A DNA stretch of 64,000 bases from an uncultured Spirochaetota bacterium (GTDB lineage: Bacteria > Spirochaetota > Brevinematia > Brevinematales > JAOACQ01): NCBI GenBank assembly GCA_963783575.1, contig CAWAOD010000013.1, positions 128,001-192,000 on the forward strand, read 5' to 3'. The notes beneath the pieces are model-generated. The model saw only the letters and a list, made by a program, of their open reading frames with translations, was not told the DNA's origin and made no database searches. Position 1 is the first letter of the stretch, and each line of letters starts with the position of its first letter. Below are positions 38,963 through 53,278 of the stretch, in pieces. Made by a program: the position numbers and the translations under genes.

Positions 38963-40661
38963 CTACCACTCATATTTCGGTGATACCCTTATCGACTTGT
39001 CCATTTCTTTCTTGCTGAGGTGCTTTTTTTCCTCTTCCTGGATAAGATTGAGCAGGTTATCTATATCTGACGGTGAAATTGGCTTTGTTTGCTGCTGCTT
39101 CTGATCCTGTTTATCTTGAGATTTTTTATTATTATTCCGGTTATCCTGATTTTTATTATTGTTTTTATTATCTTTATTTTTATCTTTTTGATCCTTGTTA
39201 TCCTTGTTATTTTGATTGTTTTGTTTCTGCTCCCTTATTTGTTCTTTAGCGAAAAGAAAATTCTGCAGGGCCTTTTTGTAAACACCGGAATTTTTTTCTT
39301 CTCCTTCAAGAATTGAGCGGTAGCTGTTTATCGCTCCGTTATAATCCTGCTTTTCCAGTAATGAGTTTCCATAATTATAAATTGTTTTATCTCTGATTAT
39401 TTTATCCTTTGAATTGCTGAGGCCCGAAAAAGAGGCTGCTGACTCATCGAATTTTTGGAGCTGGTAATAGCTGTCTCCTTCGTTAAAACGGAATTTTTCA
39501 TTCTTTGGGTCCGTTATAATAGCCTTCTGAAAATTTGACAGAGCACTGTCAAATTTACCTTTCCGGTATTCACTTGTTCCTGAAGATGCGTCGGAAGTAT
39601 ATGATCGGTTAAAAATCATTATAATCAATATAAAGATAATCATAAACTGCGGCAATCTGCCGTTAAGTCGTATATTACGATCGGGCAGAAGGATAGAAAT
39701 TAAGAGAAAGAGCATGCCCATCAGCAGGAAATACTGGAACTGCGGTTCCATGAAATTCATAGATATTGCTACCGAACCTTGATTTCTTGATTTCATCAAG
39801 CCTTTTTGCAAGTGAAATCATCGAGTTTTCATTTCCGGAGATATAAAATCCTTTTGTTTCCTCGGAAATTTTTGTAAGAAGAGCTTCATTAAGTCTTGAT
39901 GTAACCGTTTTACCGTCTTTCTTCAGATAATCTATGATATTTCCTTTATCATCGTATAAGGGAATCTGCCCTCCATTCGGTGTACCGATCCCGACAGTAA
40001 AAATGGTAATTCCCTTTTCCTTTGCCAGTTGAACCTGATTCAAGGGTGAAAACTCGTAGTCTTCACCGTCTGTAAATATTACTATTGCTTTATGCGTTAA
40101 TGTGTCTTTTTCAAAAAGCTCCATTGCCTTTTTTATTGCGTCTTCGAGATTGGTTCCCTGAACATCTATCATATCAGTTGTCAGTTCGTTTAAAAAAACC
40201 GATGAAGCATTTATATCGGTGGTTAAAGGTATAATGTTGAAAGCATATCCGGCAAAAGCCGTAATTCCGATTCTATTTCCTAAAAGCAGGCTCATAAGCT
40301 GTGATGATAATTTTTTGGATACTTCGAGTCGGTTTGGAACAACATCCGGAGTTGTCATGCTTTTTGAAATATCAAGTACAAATACTACATCAATTCCTTC
40401 GATGGTTGCCTGGACGCTTTTTGTACCCCATCTCGGGTCGAGAACCGCGAAACAAATAAAGAACAATGCAAGTATAAGCGATATAATTTTGACCGCTCTT
40501 GCAGGCTGGCTGAGGTTTGATAGCAAAAGATTCTGCTGGCTTTTCGAAAAAAGTTTATTTATCAGATTTTTCTTCCGGAAATACGAATATATGATTATTG
40601 CTGTAATTATCGAAACAAAAATCAAAATCCAGCTCCAGATGCTGCCGTTGGCAAGGTGCAT
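38963..40661 (-). CDS. VWA + TPR protein (BatB/BatC-like fusion), frameshifted at about 39754
   Basis: PRWG, DISKSM (MIDAS), PLTTD and TDGED, then a TM segment, TPR-like repeats and a Q/N/K/D-rich linker; removing one T gives a continuous YEFMEPQFQY. Confidence 0.82.
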
Positions 40662-40887
40662 ATTTCCTCCTTTGAAAGATGGTTTTATTTTATAATCTGT
40701 TACTTAAATATATTTATTTCTTCTTGAGCTTATCATAAATAAGAATAAAGAAAGACAGTATGCTAATGAATGTGATAACAAAATCTTTTATCTTATCGCT
40801 TTTTTTAATATGTTATTAGTTACATTATTATTAATGTAAGTATTGCAAAGAATAAAATAAGTATTATTTGATCGATAATTCTATTCA

Positions 40888-41019
40888 TTATTTAGCTTGG
40901 GTTTTGTGGATGTATTTTTCAACTGCTTTATCTGCCGTCGATTCGATTATTTTTGAAATAATTCCATAAACACATACGGCAATTCCTATAGATGCTAATA
41001 TCATAACATATAAGGGCAT
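40888..41019 (-). CDS. Small single-TM protein (43 aa)
   Basis: AGGAG RBS, then MPLYVMILASIGIAVCVYGIISKIIE... Confidence 0.5.
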   Translation of the reverse strand: MPLYVMILASIGIAVCVYGIISKIIESTADKAVEKYIHKTQAK

Positions 41020-41084
41020 AATTATCTCCTGATATTTAAATACAATATTAAATATAACAATATTAAAAATGATTGTCAATATAT

Positions 41085-43931
41085 TTAAAAATCGATGCCA
41101 ATAAGCCAGAAGCTCGGCCAGTCAGTGATGGGCGGCAGAGTTACACCGTCGTATGGCGCGGCGAAATCAACCATCAGCTTGATTCCCGGTACAATTACAA
41201 GCCTGAAACCGAAGCCGATCCCACTCTTCAGATCCTTAAACTGGAATCCGTTTGAAGAATCGTATAATTGATAGGGCAAACCGCTTTCCCAGGCACTTCC
41301 AAAATCCCAGAAGATTACACCCCAGATGGTTGGCATACGGATTGGAATAGGAAATCCCACAGTCCAGTCATAAATAAACGGCACCCTTAGCTCAAAATTA
41401 AATAAAAATATATTGTCTCCGCTGAAGCTCCATAGAGGGTAGCCCCTGACAGAATTGAAGCCGCCGATATAAAAAGGATAACTATCCCTGTCGGTATCGA
41501 ATATTTTTCCGGCAACGGCGCGGAAAGCGAAAGAATATCCGGGGAATAACATCCAATAGCTTCTAAAGTCCAGCACAATTTTCTCATAATTCAAAGAATC
41601 CGCAAAGAATGGGAAAGATTTGGATAAAAGTACCTCGTATCTTATGCCGTCTACAGGCCCTGTGTAGTCTTCAAGAGTCGAATCATGTACAAAAGATAGG
41701 TTGACGAGATTACGGCTCTGGTAAGAAAGATCATAAATATAGCCGGTATCGTTCGTTTGAATGTTGTTGATATAACTGAATCCGCGGTAACCGATTTCAG
41801 CATCCAGCCGGTCGAAGGTGGTAAAAGGATAACTGTATAAAATAAATGCTCCGTATGTGGAATTATATACTTTTTCCATATTAAAGAAATCCTGAAAAGT
41901 TGAAAATTCATAAAAATAATTACTGTAATGGAAAATCCTGAATCCGTAATTATGGCGGTATTTTAGAGAAAGATATGTAAAATCGATGTTTAAATAATTT
42001 AATATCGTATTATCGAAAACGAGAGACGTATCCATCAGAAGCTGGTACCTGTCATCTCCCAGCAAATCGCTTAAACTCAATACTCCTATGGCGGCTATAC
42101 CGAAAGAAGTATTTAATGTCAGCGCTCCAAAAAGGTTATCGATTGATACTTCAGGTTTATAATCCTTTTTAGTCAGCCCCGGTAACGGTGTAAAATATAC
42201 TGAAGTCTCTTTATCCTTATCATAAATCAGGAATGAATTTGTGACCCTGTTTTTGTATTGAGGAGTATATTCAAAAATATTATAGGAATTTTTATGATAA
42301 GCCGTAAATATTATACTGCCGTCATCCTCGAAAGATGGGGTTAAAATTCCTCCAGTGGGTTTTAATTCTTCATAAAGAGTTTTTTCATCGATGGAATATA
42401 TCATAAGAGCCGGATGAACATCCATTCTGACAAAAGCAATTTTTTTACCGTTCTTTGAAATTGAAGGATATTCGTCGGAAAATCCCGTATCCAGAACCTG
42501 CTCGATTTCATTGGAATCGAGATTATATATAATAATATCCATATTGGGACTCCGGTCGCCTTTTTTCCGGTTGGATGAATACACGATTCTGTTTTGTCCT
42601 AAAAATCTGGGCTGGGTATTATAGAATTTACTGTCTGTAATTTTTTTAAGCTGTTTATTTTGAAGGTTATAAATATATATATCAGTTTGCTGATCCGCTT
42701 CACCTGAAAAGGTTATATTGAGCCCATCGCTTGAAATATCCGGTGAATTGATAATCCGGAAAGGCAGTGTAAACCGTTCAATCTTTTTGCTCTTTATATT
42801 GTACAAATGGATGGCATCTTCTCCCCCGCTTCTTGAAACAAAGCAAAGAATTCCATTAGAACTCACCGATAAATTATTTCTTTTGCCGTACTGAAATTCA
42901 AGAAATTCTTCATTAAACCCCCCTTTAATAACACGTTTGAGTGATTTTTTTTCCCGTTCAAAAAGAAGTATAGACGGATAGATTTTTCTATCACTGATAA
43001 AAGCGACAAGATTTGAAGACACACAAACCGGGTTCATATTGAAAATGCTGTCTTCTTTAATCAATTTTTTAGCGGCGACTTCAACGCTTGAAAGATTGCT
43101 TATTTCGGGCAGATATTTTTTTCTTAAGTGATCAAAAAATTCCGCGTTTATTTCATCTAAAGTCATATTAAATGTATTGGTAATAATTATATTGAAGGAT
43201 CTGTTATCAGCGATTGAATTATTTAACTTTGAAAAAATACCGCTGCCGAATTTTGCGTTTATAAAATCGTAAAATATTTGTCCCTCTTTATAAATGTAAT
43301 AATAATCACTGCCGCTAAGTCCGTATGGGTCTGACAGTTTCATCAGGGACGGCAGCGAGCCGTTGATAACGCCATCCGCTATCATCATTTCGCATTCGGG
43401 ATCGACCCCGATGGAATTATATTCGGCGGCGCCTTCCACCATCCATAGAGGAATATCGATATCCCTTACTGTCAGGATTGAAAATGTCCCTTTTCCCCAG
43501 ACATGTCCCTGAAATGCATGTGTTAATTCATGTGCAAGGACATGGTTAAAATCCGGATAGAAGGTTGAAAAAGGCACTACTACCCTTCCTTTTACAAATT
43601 CCGTGAACCCCCCCGTTTCCGGTCCCAGCCAGTCGCTGATATTGTTCTGCTGAAAGTCTATTTGATTACGGTACAACAGGATCTTGATCTTTGTTTTAGG
43701 GACATAATTAAATGTATTGGTATGATGCGTGAATATTTCTTCCGCCATGCTGCTTATCTGGTTTGACAAAAAAAGATCGTCTCTGGCGATATATATTCTA
43801 AAATGAGCAGTTTCCAGAATTTCCCATTTATAGGTATAATAAGCAATCTTGTTTTTTCCGAAAGGATAAATAAACTCAGAAACTATTATAAAAATTATGA
43901 GTAAAATATAAAACTTCATGATCACACACAC
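41085..43931 (-). CDS. Outer-membrane protein: HExxH metallopeptidase + TolB-like propeller + Omp85 barrel
   Basis: FGKNKI, GGFTEF, AHELTH, WMVEG, PD40-like repeats, GGFNSVRGY, GIGFGFR, terminal F. Confidence 0.85.
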   Translation of the reverse strand: MCVIMKFYILLIIFIIVSEFIYPFGKNKIAYYTYKWEILETAHFRIYIARDDLFLSNQISSMAEEIFTHHTNTFNYVPKTKIKILLYRNQIDFQQNNISDWLGPETGGFTEFVKGRVVVPFSTFYPDFNHVLAHELTHAFQGHVWGKGTFSILTVRDIDIPLWMVEGAAEYNSIGVDPECEMMIADGVINGSLPSLMKLSDPYGLSGSDYYYIYKEGQIFYDFINAKFGSGIFSKLNNSIADNRSFNIIITNTFNMTLDEINAEFFDHLRKKYLPEISNLSSVEVAAKKLIKEDSIFNMNPVCVSSNLVAFISDRKIYPSILLFEREKKSLKRVIKGGFNEEFLEFQYGKRNNLSVSSNGILCFVSRSGGEDAIHLYNIKSKKIERFTLPFRIINSPDISSDGLNITFSGEADQQTDIYIYNLQNKQLKKITDSKFYNTQPRFLGQNRIVYSSNRKKGDRSPNMDIIIYNLDSNEIEQVLDTGFSDEYPSISKNGKKIAFVRMDVHPALMIYSIDEKTLYEELKPTGGILTPSFEDDGSIIFTAYHKNSYNIFEYTPQYKNRVTNSFLIYDKDKETSVYFTPLPGLTKKDYKPEVSIDNLFGALTLNTSFGIAAIGVLSLSDLLGDDRYQLLMDTSLVFDNTILNYLNIDFTYLSLKYRHNYGFRIFHYSNYFYEFSTFQDFFNMEKVYNSTYGAFILYSYPFTTFDRLDAEIGYRGFSYINNIQTNDTGYIYDLSYQSRNLVNLSFVHDSTLEDYTGPVDGIRYEVLLSKSFPFFADSLNYEKIVLDFRSYWMLFPGYSFAFRAVAGKIFDTDRDSYPFYIGGFNSVRGYPLWSFSGDNIFLFNFELRVPFIYDWTVGFPIPIRMPTIWGVIFWDFGSAWESGLPYQLYDSSNGFQFKDLKSGIGFGFRLVIVPGIKLMVDFAAPYDGVTLPPITDWPSFWLIGIDF

Positions 43932-44196
43932 CTAAAAACTATTCAAGAAAGAACACATTCAAGCGGCTCGGAAAGCTTTTTGAAAGCTTTTAAACTTTTA
44001 CCTTTAGCAGATTCTTAAATAATAATTTGATAAGAATATCTAAATTCGGATAATATTAAAAGTATAACAATATTGGCAAATATTTTCAAAATTAAAGGGC
44101 TTAAAAAGCAGGCTGCTTGCCGCGATTGTTTTCTTAAATATATTTATGATTGTGTTTTAAATTCATTATCATTTTAGAATGTTTTCAGAAAAGCTT

Positions 44197-45105
44197 CTAT
44201 CCATATGGTTCTTTAAAGTGGGTTTTTGCTACTTTTTTAAATAAATCCTGTTTATCCCCGGTTTTTAATTTACTGAAAAGCATTCCGGCTTCTTTTCCGC
44301 TGCCTTTGATTAGTTTAATACCAAAGTTATCTTCAGAATGTTCAATCCAGTCAATAAAATGCTTGCGCGCAATAATTGAAGCTGCAGCTACAGCAAGAAA
44401 TCTCTCTCCTCTTTCAATAATAATAATTTCTTTATTAACCGAGTTTTTAATCTTATTATTCTGTTCATTGGAGCCGGAAAATCTATCCAGAATAATTTTA
44501 TCGTAAATGTCAGGATTAAATTCCCGGATAAGATGTATATATTCTTCCAGCATTAATTTATTAAGGTTTTTATGCTGAAAATATAATTCATTATATTCTT
44601 CCGGATTGATGATTCTGGCCCTATATGATACAAGGCCGATAAACTCCTGGTAAATCCGTTGAATCGAACTGTCTGACAATTTTTTAGAATCCATTACTCC
44701 GAGATTTTTAACAACATTGAATATTCCGGGTTTGATTATTGCCCCTGCAAGAATTAACGGTCCAAAATAATCCCCCTTGCCGGATTCGTCCAGGCCAAGC
44801 AGAGTTATGGAACCGGTATCAAAGTCTTTATAAGCATCAAACATTGAATCTACTGATTCCGATTGCCCGTCCGTGAAAATCTTTGATGAAGATATCTGCA
44901 ATTCCGAAATAATTTCATCGATGCCTTTTTTATCTCCCTGGAAAAGTAAAGTTCCATTAGAGTAAAAGATAATTGTCATATTACCTTTTTTTGCACGCCA
45001 GAAAGCATATTTATGATCATAAAAGACAAATTTTAATTCTTCCAATATTTTATGAAGAGTTTCATTTTTTTTTATTTCAATATTTATTTTTTGTGAAACA
45101 TTCAT
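44197..45105 (-). CDS. rnhC: Ribonuclease HIII
   Basis: N-terminal YSNGTLLFQG domain, GLDESGKGDYFGP, DSKKL, VAAASIIAR, AKTHF. Confidence 0.92.
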   Translation of the reverse strand: MNVSQKINIEIKKNETLHKILEELKFVFYDHKYAFWRAKKGNMTIIFYSNGTLLFQGDKKGIDEIISELQISSSKIFTDGQSESVDSMFDAYKDFDTGSITLLGLDESGKGDYFGPLILAGAIIKPGIFNVVKNLGVMDSKKLSDSSIQRIYQEFIGLVSYRARIINPEEYNELYFQHKNLNKLMLEEYIHLIREFNPDIYDKIILDRFSGSNEQNNKIKNSVNKEIIIIERGERFLAVAAASIIARKHFIDWIEHSEDNFGIKLIKGSGKEAGMLFSKLKTGDKQDLFKKVAKTHFKEPYG

Positions 45106-45415
45106 ATATTAATCCCTCAATTGTCATGTCATCGATCGACAAAATAAATTTTATTAATAATTGTTATTCAGATTATATAACATATAATATAGATTATATA
45201 ATACATAATATAAAAAATAAATATTATTAATAAATCTACCCTTATCTTATTCTATGAAATAAGGAATCATTTTTATTATTTATTTGACAAATTCAGGATT
45301 TGTATTAAAATTAAAAAGAAGTATTATTCTTTATTAGGTGATATAGAATATTATTAGGAACAATTTAAAAATTGAAAAAGATCCTTTTAAGAATTTATCT
45401 TAGGAGGTTGATTTT

Positions 45416-46135
45416 ATGGCAAGAATTTTAATTATTGATGATGAAAGGAATTTAGCTTTAGCAATTAAAGACAGCCTTGAATTTGAAGGTTATGAACCTG
45501 TGGTGTCATTGGACGGCAGAGACGGTTTAAGCCGGGCTTTAAATGAAACCTTTGATTTGATTCTTCTTGACCTTGTTCTGCCTGAAGTGGATGGTTATGA
45601 AATATTGAGGGAACTCAGGAAAGTTAATAAAGAAATTCCTGTAATAATCATATCCGGTAAGACTAATGAAGAGGATAAGGTTTTCGGCTTGAATCTCGGT
45701 GCCGATGATTTTGTTATAAAACCTTTTTCAATAATGGAGCTTGTTGCAAGAATAAGAGCGCAGCTGCGGAGAGTAAATATATTAAGGGGTTCTTATATTG
45801 TCAGCGTAGGATCATATCCGGGTTATGAGCCTGTGACAATAAAGATAGGTGACGCTTTGATTTTTCTTGATAGAATGGTTGTTAAGCTTGGAGAGGAAGA
45901 ATATCCCCTGACTCCTAAAGAAATCGGTATTATCCGTCTTCTTTATAAAAACAGGGGAAAAGTGGTTTCTAGGGAAATGATGATGAAGGAAATATGGGGT
46001 GACGATGTTTATATTACCGAGAGGGTTATTGATACAAATGTTGTTTCAATTCGTAAAAAAATCGGTGATATAGGAAGAAAGGCAAAGTATATTAAAACAG
46101 TATTCGGTGTAGGTTATAAAATGATTGAGTATTAA
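45416..46135 (+). CDS. OmpR-family response regulator
   Basis: REC domain (DLVLP, GADDFVIKPF) plus winged helix (LTPKE, TVFGVGY); no adjacent kinase. Confidence 0.93.
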   Translation: MARILIIDDERNLALAIKDSLEFEGYEPVVSLDGRDGLSRALNETFDLILLDLVLPEVDGYEILRELRKVNKEIPVIIISGKTNEEDKVFGLNLGADDFVIKPFSIMELVARIRAQLRRVNILRGSYIVSVGSYPGYEPVTIKIGDALIFLDRMVVKLGEEEYPLTPKEIGIIRLLYKNRGKVVSREMMMKEIWGDDVYITERVIDTNVVSIRKKIGDIGRKAKYIKTVFGVGYKMIEY

Positions 46136-46145
46136 GCTTAATATT

Positions 46146-46763
46146 ATGAATAAAATTCTTTTTTTTTGTTTATTGACAATGTTTTGTTCAGGTTTGTTTT
46201 GCGCTCCATCTTTTCTAAGCATAACGCCCCTTGATTCGGGTAAAGTAATGCTTCAGGCAGGAGTTGATATTTTTCTCAGCACAAATGATTTATCCTCCCT
46301 GTTTGATGGCGGAATTAGAGTTGGGTTACCCATTCCGAAGGGCAGTGATTTCGGGTTTAGATTATACAGTAGCGGAGCTATATTCGATCTGAAATTACCT
46401 TTATTTTCTTTTGAGCCTCTAAGTACCGCTGTTGATATGGAATGTGATATATATCAAAGAACCTATATCCTGTCATCCATATCACCGGCCTTTATCGTTG
46501 ATGTTGCACTGTCGCCATATCTTAGCTTTTATTTCTCACTTAGATGGCGTTATCCGGCCGTTCAGGAAATAGATTCGACAAACCCTTTTCCTGATTTACA
46601 AACCAATGTTTATGTCAGCGGTGTAGTATTTTATCCCCGGGTAGGCATAGAATTATTCAGAAAATGGAATTTCTCAATTATCCTGGAGGGCGGACCTGTG
46701 ACAAGCTGGTACTCGAGAGATCTTGGAATAAACGGAGGCGGTGTTCTGGAATATAAATTTTAA
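46146..46763 (+). CDS. Exported, probable outer-membrane hypothetical protein
   Basis: Signal peptide MNKILFFCLL...; C-terminus GGVLEYKF. Confidence 0.7.
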   Translation: MNKILFFCLLTMFCSGLFCAPSFLSITPLDSGKVMLQAGVDIFLSTNDLSSLFDGGIRVGLPIPKGSDFGFRLYSSGAIFDLKLPLFSFEPLSTAVDMECDIYQRTYILSSISPAFIVDVALSPYLSFYFSLRWRYPAVQEIDSTNPFPDLQTNVYVSGVVFYPRVGIELFRKWNFSIILEGGPVTSWYSRDLGINGGGVLEYKF

Positions 46764-47099
46764 TAAGCATGCCCCTTTGCTATTCTCAAGGCTTTATCAA
46801 AATTTTAAACATTAAATTGATCATAAATTGAGCAAAGTTTATATTAATGGCTACTATATTATTATAAAATATTAACTCTATAACATATTTAAAAATTCTA
46901 ATTTTGGAAATAAAAATATTCCTGTCAACTAATTTTCCATTTATCACAATAAGGATTGAATAAATTTGTAATTTTAAAATAAAGAATTTTAAATTAATAA
47001 TTTAATTTGCCGATATAATTATTCTTTGAGTATTATAAATATATTATTATTTCAAAAATCTCGAAATTTTTATAATTAAAAAATTATTAAATGAATAAT

Positions 47100-47129
47100 T
47101 TGACACTTTTTATTAAGCCATGTTATACT
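47100..47129 (+). promoter_or_regulatory. rRNA operon promoter
   Basis: TTGACA, then TGnTATACT (extended -10), with an AT-rich upstream region. Confidence 0.75.
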
Positions 47130-47215
47130 ACTCACCGCCTGTGGAAAGACAGGGGTGAAGAAAAAGGGAAAGATAGAGTAAAGGTAATAGAACGAAGGTG
47201 AGTGTTCAGAAGAAG

Positions 47216-47283
47216 TCTACCGAGAGGTAGAAACTATCGAAAGATAGTAACCTATCGAAAGATAGTAACCTATCGAAAGATAG
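47216..47283 (+). repeat. Tandem GNRA hairpins in the rRNA leader
   Basis: TCTACC-gaga-GGTAGA, then three 18-bp-period units of CTATC-gaaa-GATAG. Confidence 0.85.
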
Positions 47284-47373
47284 GAGAGCAACAAATAAAC
47301 GCGAAGCGAAGAGCTAAGCGTGAAGCGAAGTATCAGGTCAAACCAGTGAGGAAGAAACGAAGAGATAATATTT

Positions 47374-48905
<1,532 letters not shown>

Positions 48906-48935
48906 ATAGGGAGAAAATAATGTGGTAGTAGAGTA

Positions 48936-48963
48936 GTAGAGACACAAGAGATTGTGTCTCTAC
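48936..48963. repeat. GTAG-type REP-like palindrome in the ITS
   Basis: GTAGAGACACAA-gaga-TTGTGTCTCTAC; a related GTAGAGATGCAT...ATGCATCCCT lies on the minus strand at about 56791-56816. Confidence 0.7.
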
Positions 48964-49089
48964 GAAAGCCACACAAAAAGTCTGAACACTCATCTTTTAT
49001 ATATAAGTTAATTAGTCAGTTAGTTTGCCAGTCGGATAGTCGTAGATGACTGAAAGGCTGGCTGACTAACCGACTAATCGACTGTATTG

Positions 49090-49163
49090 GGGTGTATAGC
49101 TCAGTTGGTTAGAGCGCAGCCCTGATAAGGCTGAGGTCGGTGGTTCGAAACCACCTACACCCA
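49090..49163 (+). tRNA. tRNA-Ile(GAT)
   Basis: Cloverleaf; anticodon arm CAGCC-ctGATaa-GGCTG. Confidence 0.97.
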
Positions 49164-49168
49164 TGTGC

Positions 49169-49241
49169 GGGGATATAGCTCAGCTGGGAGAGCGCCTGCC
49201 TTGCAAGCAGGATGTCAGGGGTTCGATTCCCCTTATCTCCA
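49169..49241 (+). tRNA. tRNA-Ala(TGC)
   Basis: Cloverleaf GGGGATA...TATCTCC-A; anticodon arm CCTGC-ctTGCaa-GCAGG. Confidence 0.97.
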
Positions 49242-49323
49242 GAACATCGTGTTCTTCGGCAAATCAGAGATTTGCCATAGTTTAAGGTAAAAGGGAAGAT
49301 ATCATGGAACATCCTGTTCCCAT
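49241..49323 (+). repeat. Three-hairpin dispersed repeat, copy 4
   Basis: AGAACA-tcg-TGTTCT, GGCAAATC-aga-GATTTGCC, GGAACA-tcc-TGTTCC, directly after tRNA-Ala. Confidence 0.75.
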
Positions 49324-49471
49324 TGTTTAAACGTATGGTAGAAAGGATATTTCAAATAAATGTTTTTATTTAAGATAAAAGTAGTAGAGAATTCGTTCAG
49401 AATTCTCCTAAATTCAAAAAGCTTTGCGAAGCAAAGCGCATTTGAATAAGGTTATAGGAATAAGGTAAGAA

Positions 49472-52388
<2,917 letters not shown>

Positions 52389-52414
52389 TTCTTTCCTTAT
52401 TCCAGACAAGGGAG

Positions 52415-52439
52415 GACAAGGGGTTTAAACCCCTTGTCG
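52415..52439. repeat. REP-like palindrome in the 23S-5S spacer
   Basis: GACAAGGGGTTTAAACCCCTTGTC has the same ACAAGGGG/CCCCTTGT arms as the IS4 target. Confidence 0.7.
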
Positions 52440-52460
52440 TTTACCTTGCCGTCTTTTTTT

Positions 52461-52567
52461 GCCTGATGACCATAGCGAAGGTGTTACACCCGGTCCCATT
52501 CCGAACCCGGAAGTTAAGCCCTTCGTCGCCGATGATACTCGCAAGGGGAAAGTAGGTGTCGTCAGGC
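52461..52567 (+). rRNA. rrf: 5S rRNA
   Basis: GCCTGATGAC...CCCATTCCGAAC...GTCGTCAGGC. Confidence 0.95.
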
Positions 52568-52610
52568 TTTTTTATTTCATGAGTACATCCCAGAGGTTTG
52601 GTATTTTAAT

Positions 52611-53258
52611 ATGAGGATAATATCTGCAATAATTTTAAGACTATTATTACTGACCGGCATGTGCATTATTACCTTAAATCTCTTTGGAGAAGATCAGATA
52701 AAAAGTCCGGATTCACCCGATGAGCCAAAGGTTGAAGAAGTACAAATACCTGAATTGAAAGTTGAAGAAGTTTCAAATTTTGAAAATAACAAATTGTATT
52801 TATTCAGGGTAAAAGTAGACCTTTCTGACGGAACTGCAATCACCGGCACTATGAATCTAACAAATAACCCGATATTTGTAATCACAAATCAAATCATAGG
52901 ACAGATTAATATTTCAACGATATCAATATATCAGCTGGATAAAATAGAAATAATAAAATGGCAGCCGGAAAGAAAAGATAAAGATTTATTCCTTTTCAAA
53001 CCGGTTGAATTTCGTTTTTATACCAATCAAACAGATAATTATATATCATACCGAAATCCAATTAATGAGTTAAGCGATATTCAAATAAGCAATGATTCTT
53101 ACGGAAGAAAACATATTTTTTCCATATTCTACGACCGATGGATAGAAGGAAAAAAGAACGCTTTCCGCTGGGATAATTCAAAAGCCTCGGTTTTTCCCTA
53201 CAATTATGACCATCCGATTCCAGGAGTTATTCAATCGATTACTTTTATAAAAAATTGA
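52611..53258 (+). CDS. Exported hypothetical protein
   Basis: 215-aa ORF with a hydrophobic signal region. Confidence 0.75.
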   Translation: MRIISAIILRLLLLTGMCIITLNLFGEDQIKSPDSPDEPKVEEVQIPELKVEEVSNFENNKLYLFRVKVDLSDGTAITGTMNLTNNPIFVITNQIIGQINISTISIYQLDKIEIIKWQPERKDKDLFLFKPVEFRFYTNQTDNYISYRNPINELSDIQISNDSYGRKHIFSIFYDRWIEGKKNAFRWDNSKASVFPYNYDHPIPGVIQSITFIKN

Positions 53259-53278
53259 TCATTCCATGAAATAATATA

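Noticed and set aside
47234..47283. Tandem palindromic repeats as a mini CRISPR array
   Set aside because: 18-bp period with no unique spacers and no cas genes in the window
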